Positions 4,650 to 4,675 of a DNA stretch of 4,675 nucleotides are shown here, piece after piece. Every line of letters starts with the position of its first letter. Position 1 is the first letter of the stretch. The stretch lies in the IMG/VR virus record IMGVR_UViG_2663763286_000001, positions 1 to 4,675 of that record. The stretch is one strand, 5' to 3'. Source of the DNA: a virus. Lineage: Duplodnaviria > Heunggongvirae > Uroviricota > Caudoviricetes. A program made the translations under genes and the position numbers. The notes beneath the pieces were generated by a model that saw only the letters and a program-made list of their open reading frames with translations, did not search any database and was not told the DNA's origin.

Positions 4650-4675
4650 AGTGCTTATTCGTACTAATAAAATAC

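Noticed and set aside
4606-4675. 3' end of an upstream minus-strand gene entering from the right edge (ea10/ssb position in lambda)
   Set aside because: Two frames are open to the window edge and end near 4600-4605, but only about 23 codons are visible. That is too little to call a gene or choose a frame.
1-4675. CRISPR arrays, tRNA/rRNA genes, Chi sites
   Set aside because: No spaced direct repeats, no tRNA-like cloverleaf candidates, and no GCTGGTGG octamer were seen on visual inspection of either strand.

Overview
The window is the early-left (pL-type) operon of a lambdoid prophage, with every gene on the minus strand, bounded on the left by the right end of an IS3-family insertion sequence on the plus strand. 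Reading in the direction of transcription (right to left): two tandem hairpin-plus-U-tract terminators and a lambda-like cIII leader, then cIII (4330..4470), kil (4224..4337), a 62-aa ORF in the gam position, a Sak4-like ATPase (3350..4030) and a DUF669-like protein (2766..3353) in place of lambda bet/exo, a block of six or seven small uncharacterized ORFs (718..2742), and a DUF551 protein (218..721). The IS terminal inverted repeat ends at about base 161, roughly 57 bp past the DUF551 stop. The genes are chained by ATGA/TAATG overlaps. cIII and kil are recognised from memory of lambda; Sak4/DUF669/DUF551 and the IS629-like repeat are family-level recollections; no database search was run. The most interesting part is the uncharacterized block at 718..2742, which contains a dual-frame ambiguity (1114..1276) and a gene with no start codon downstream of its neighbour's stop (1660..1754). 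No rRNA, tRNA or CRISPR array was seen. Plus-strand ORFs in the track are judged to be antisense artefacts.
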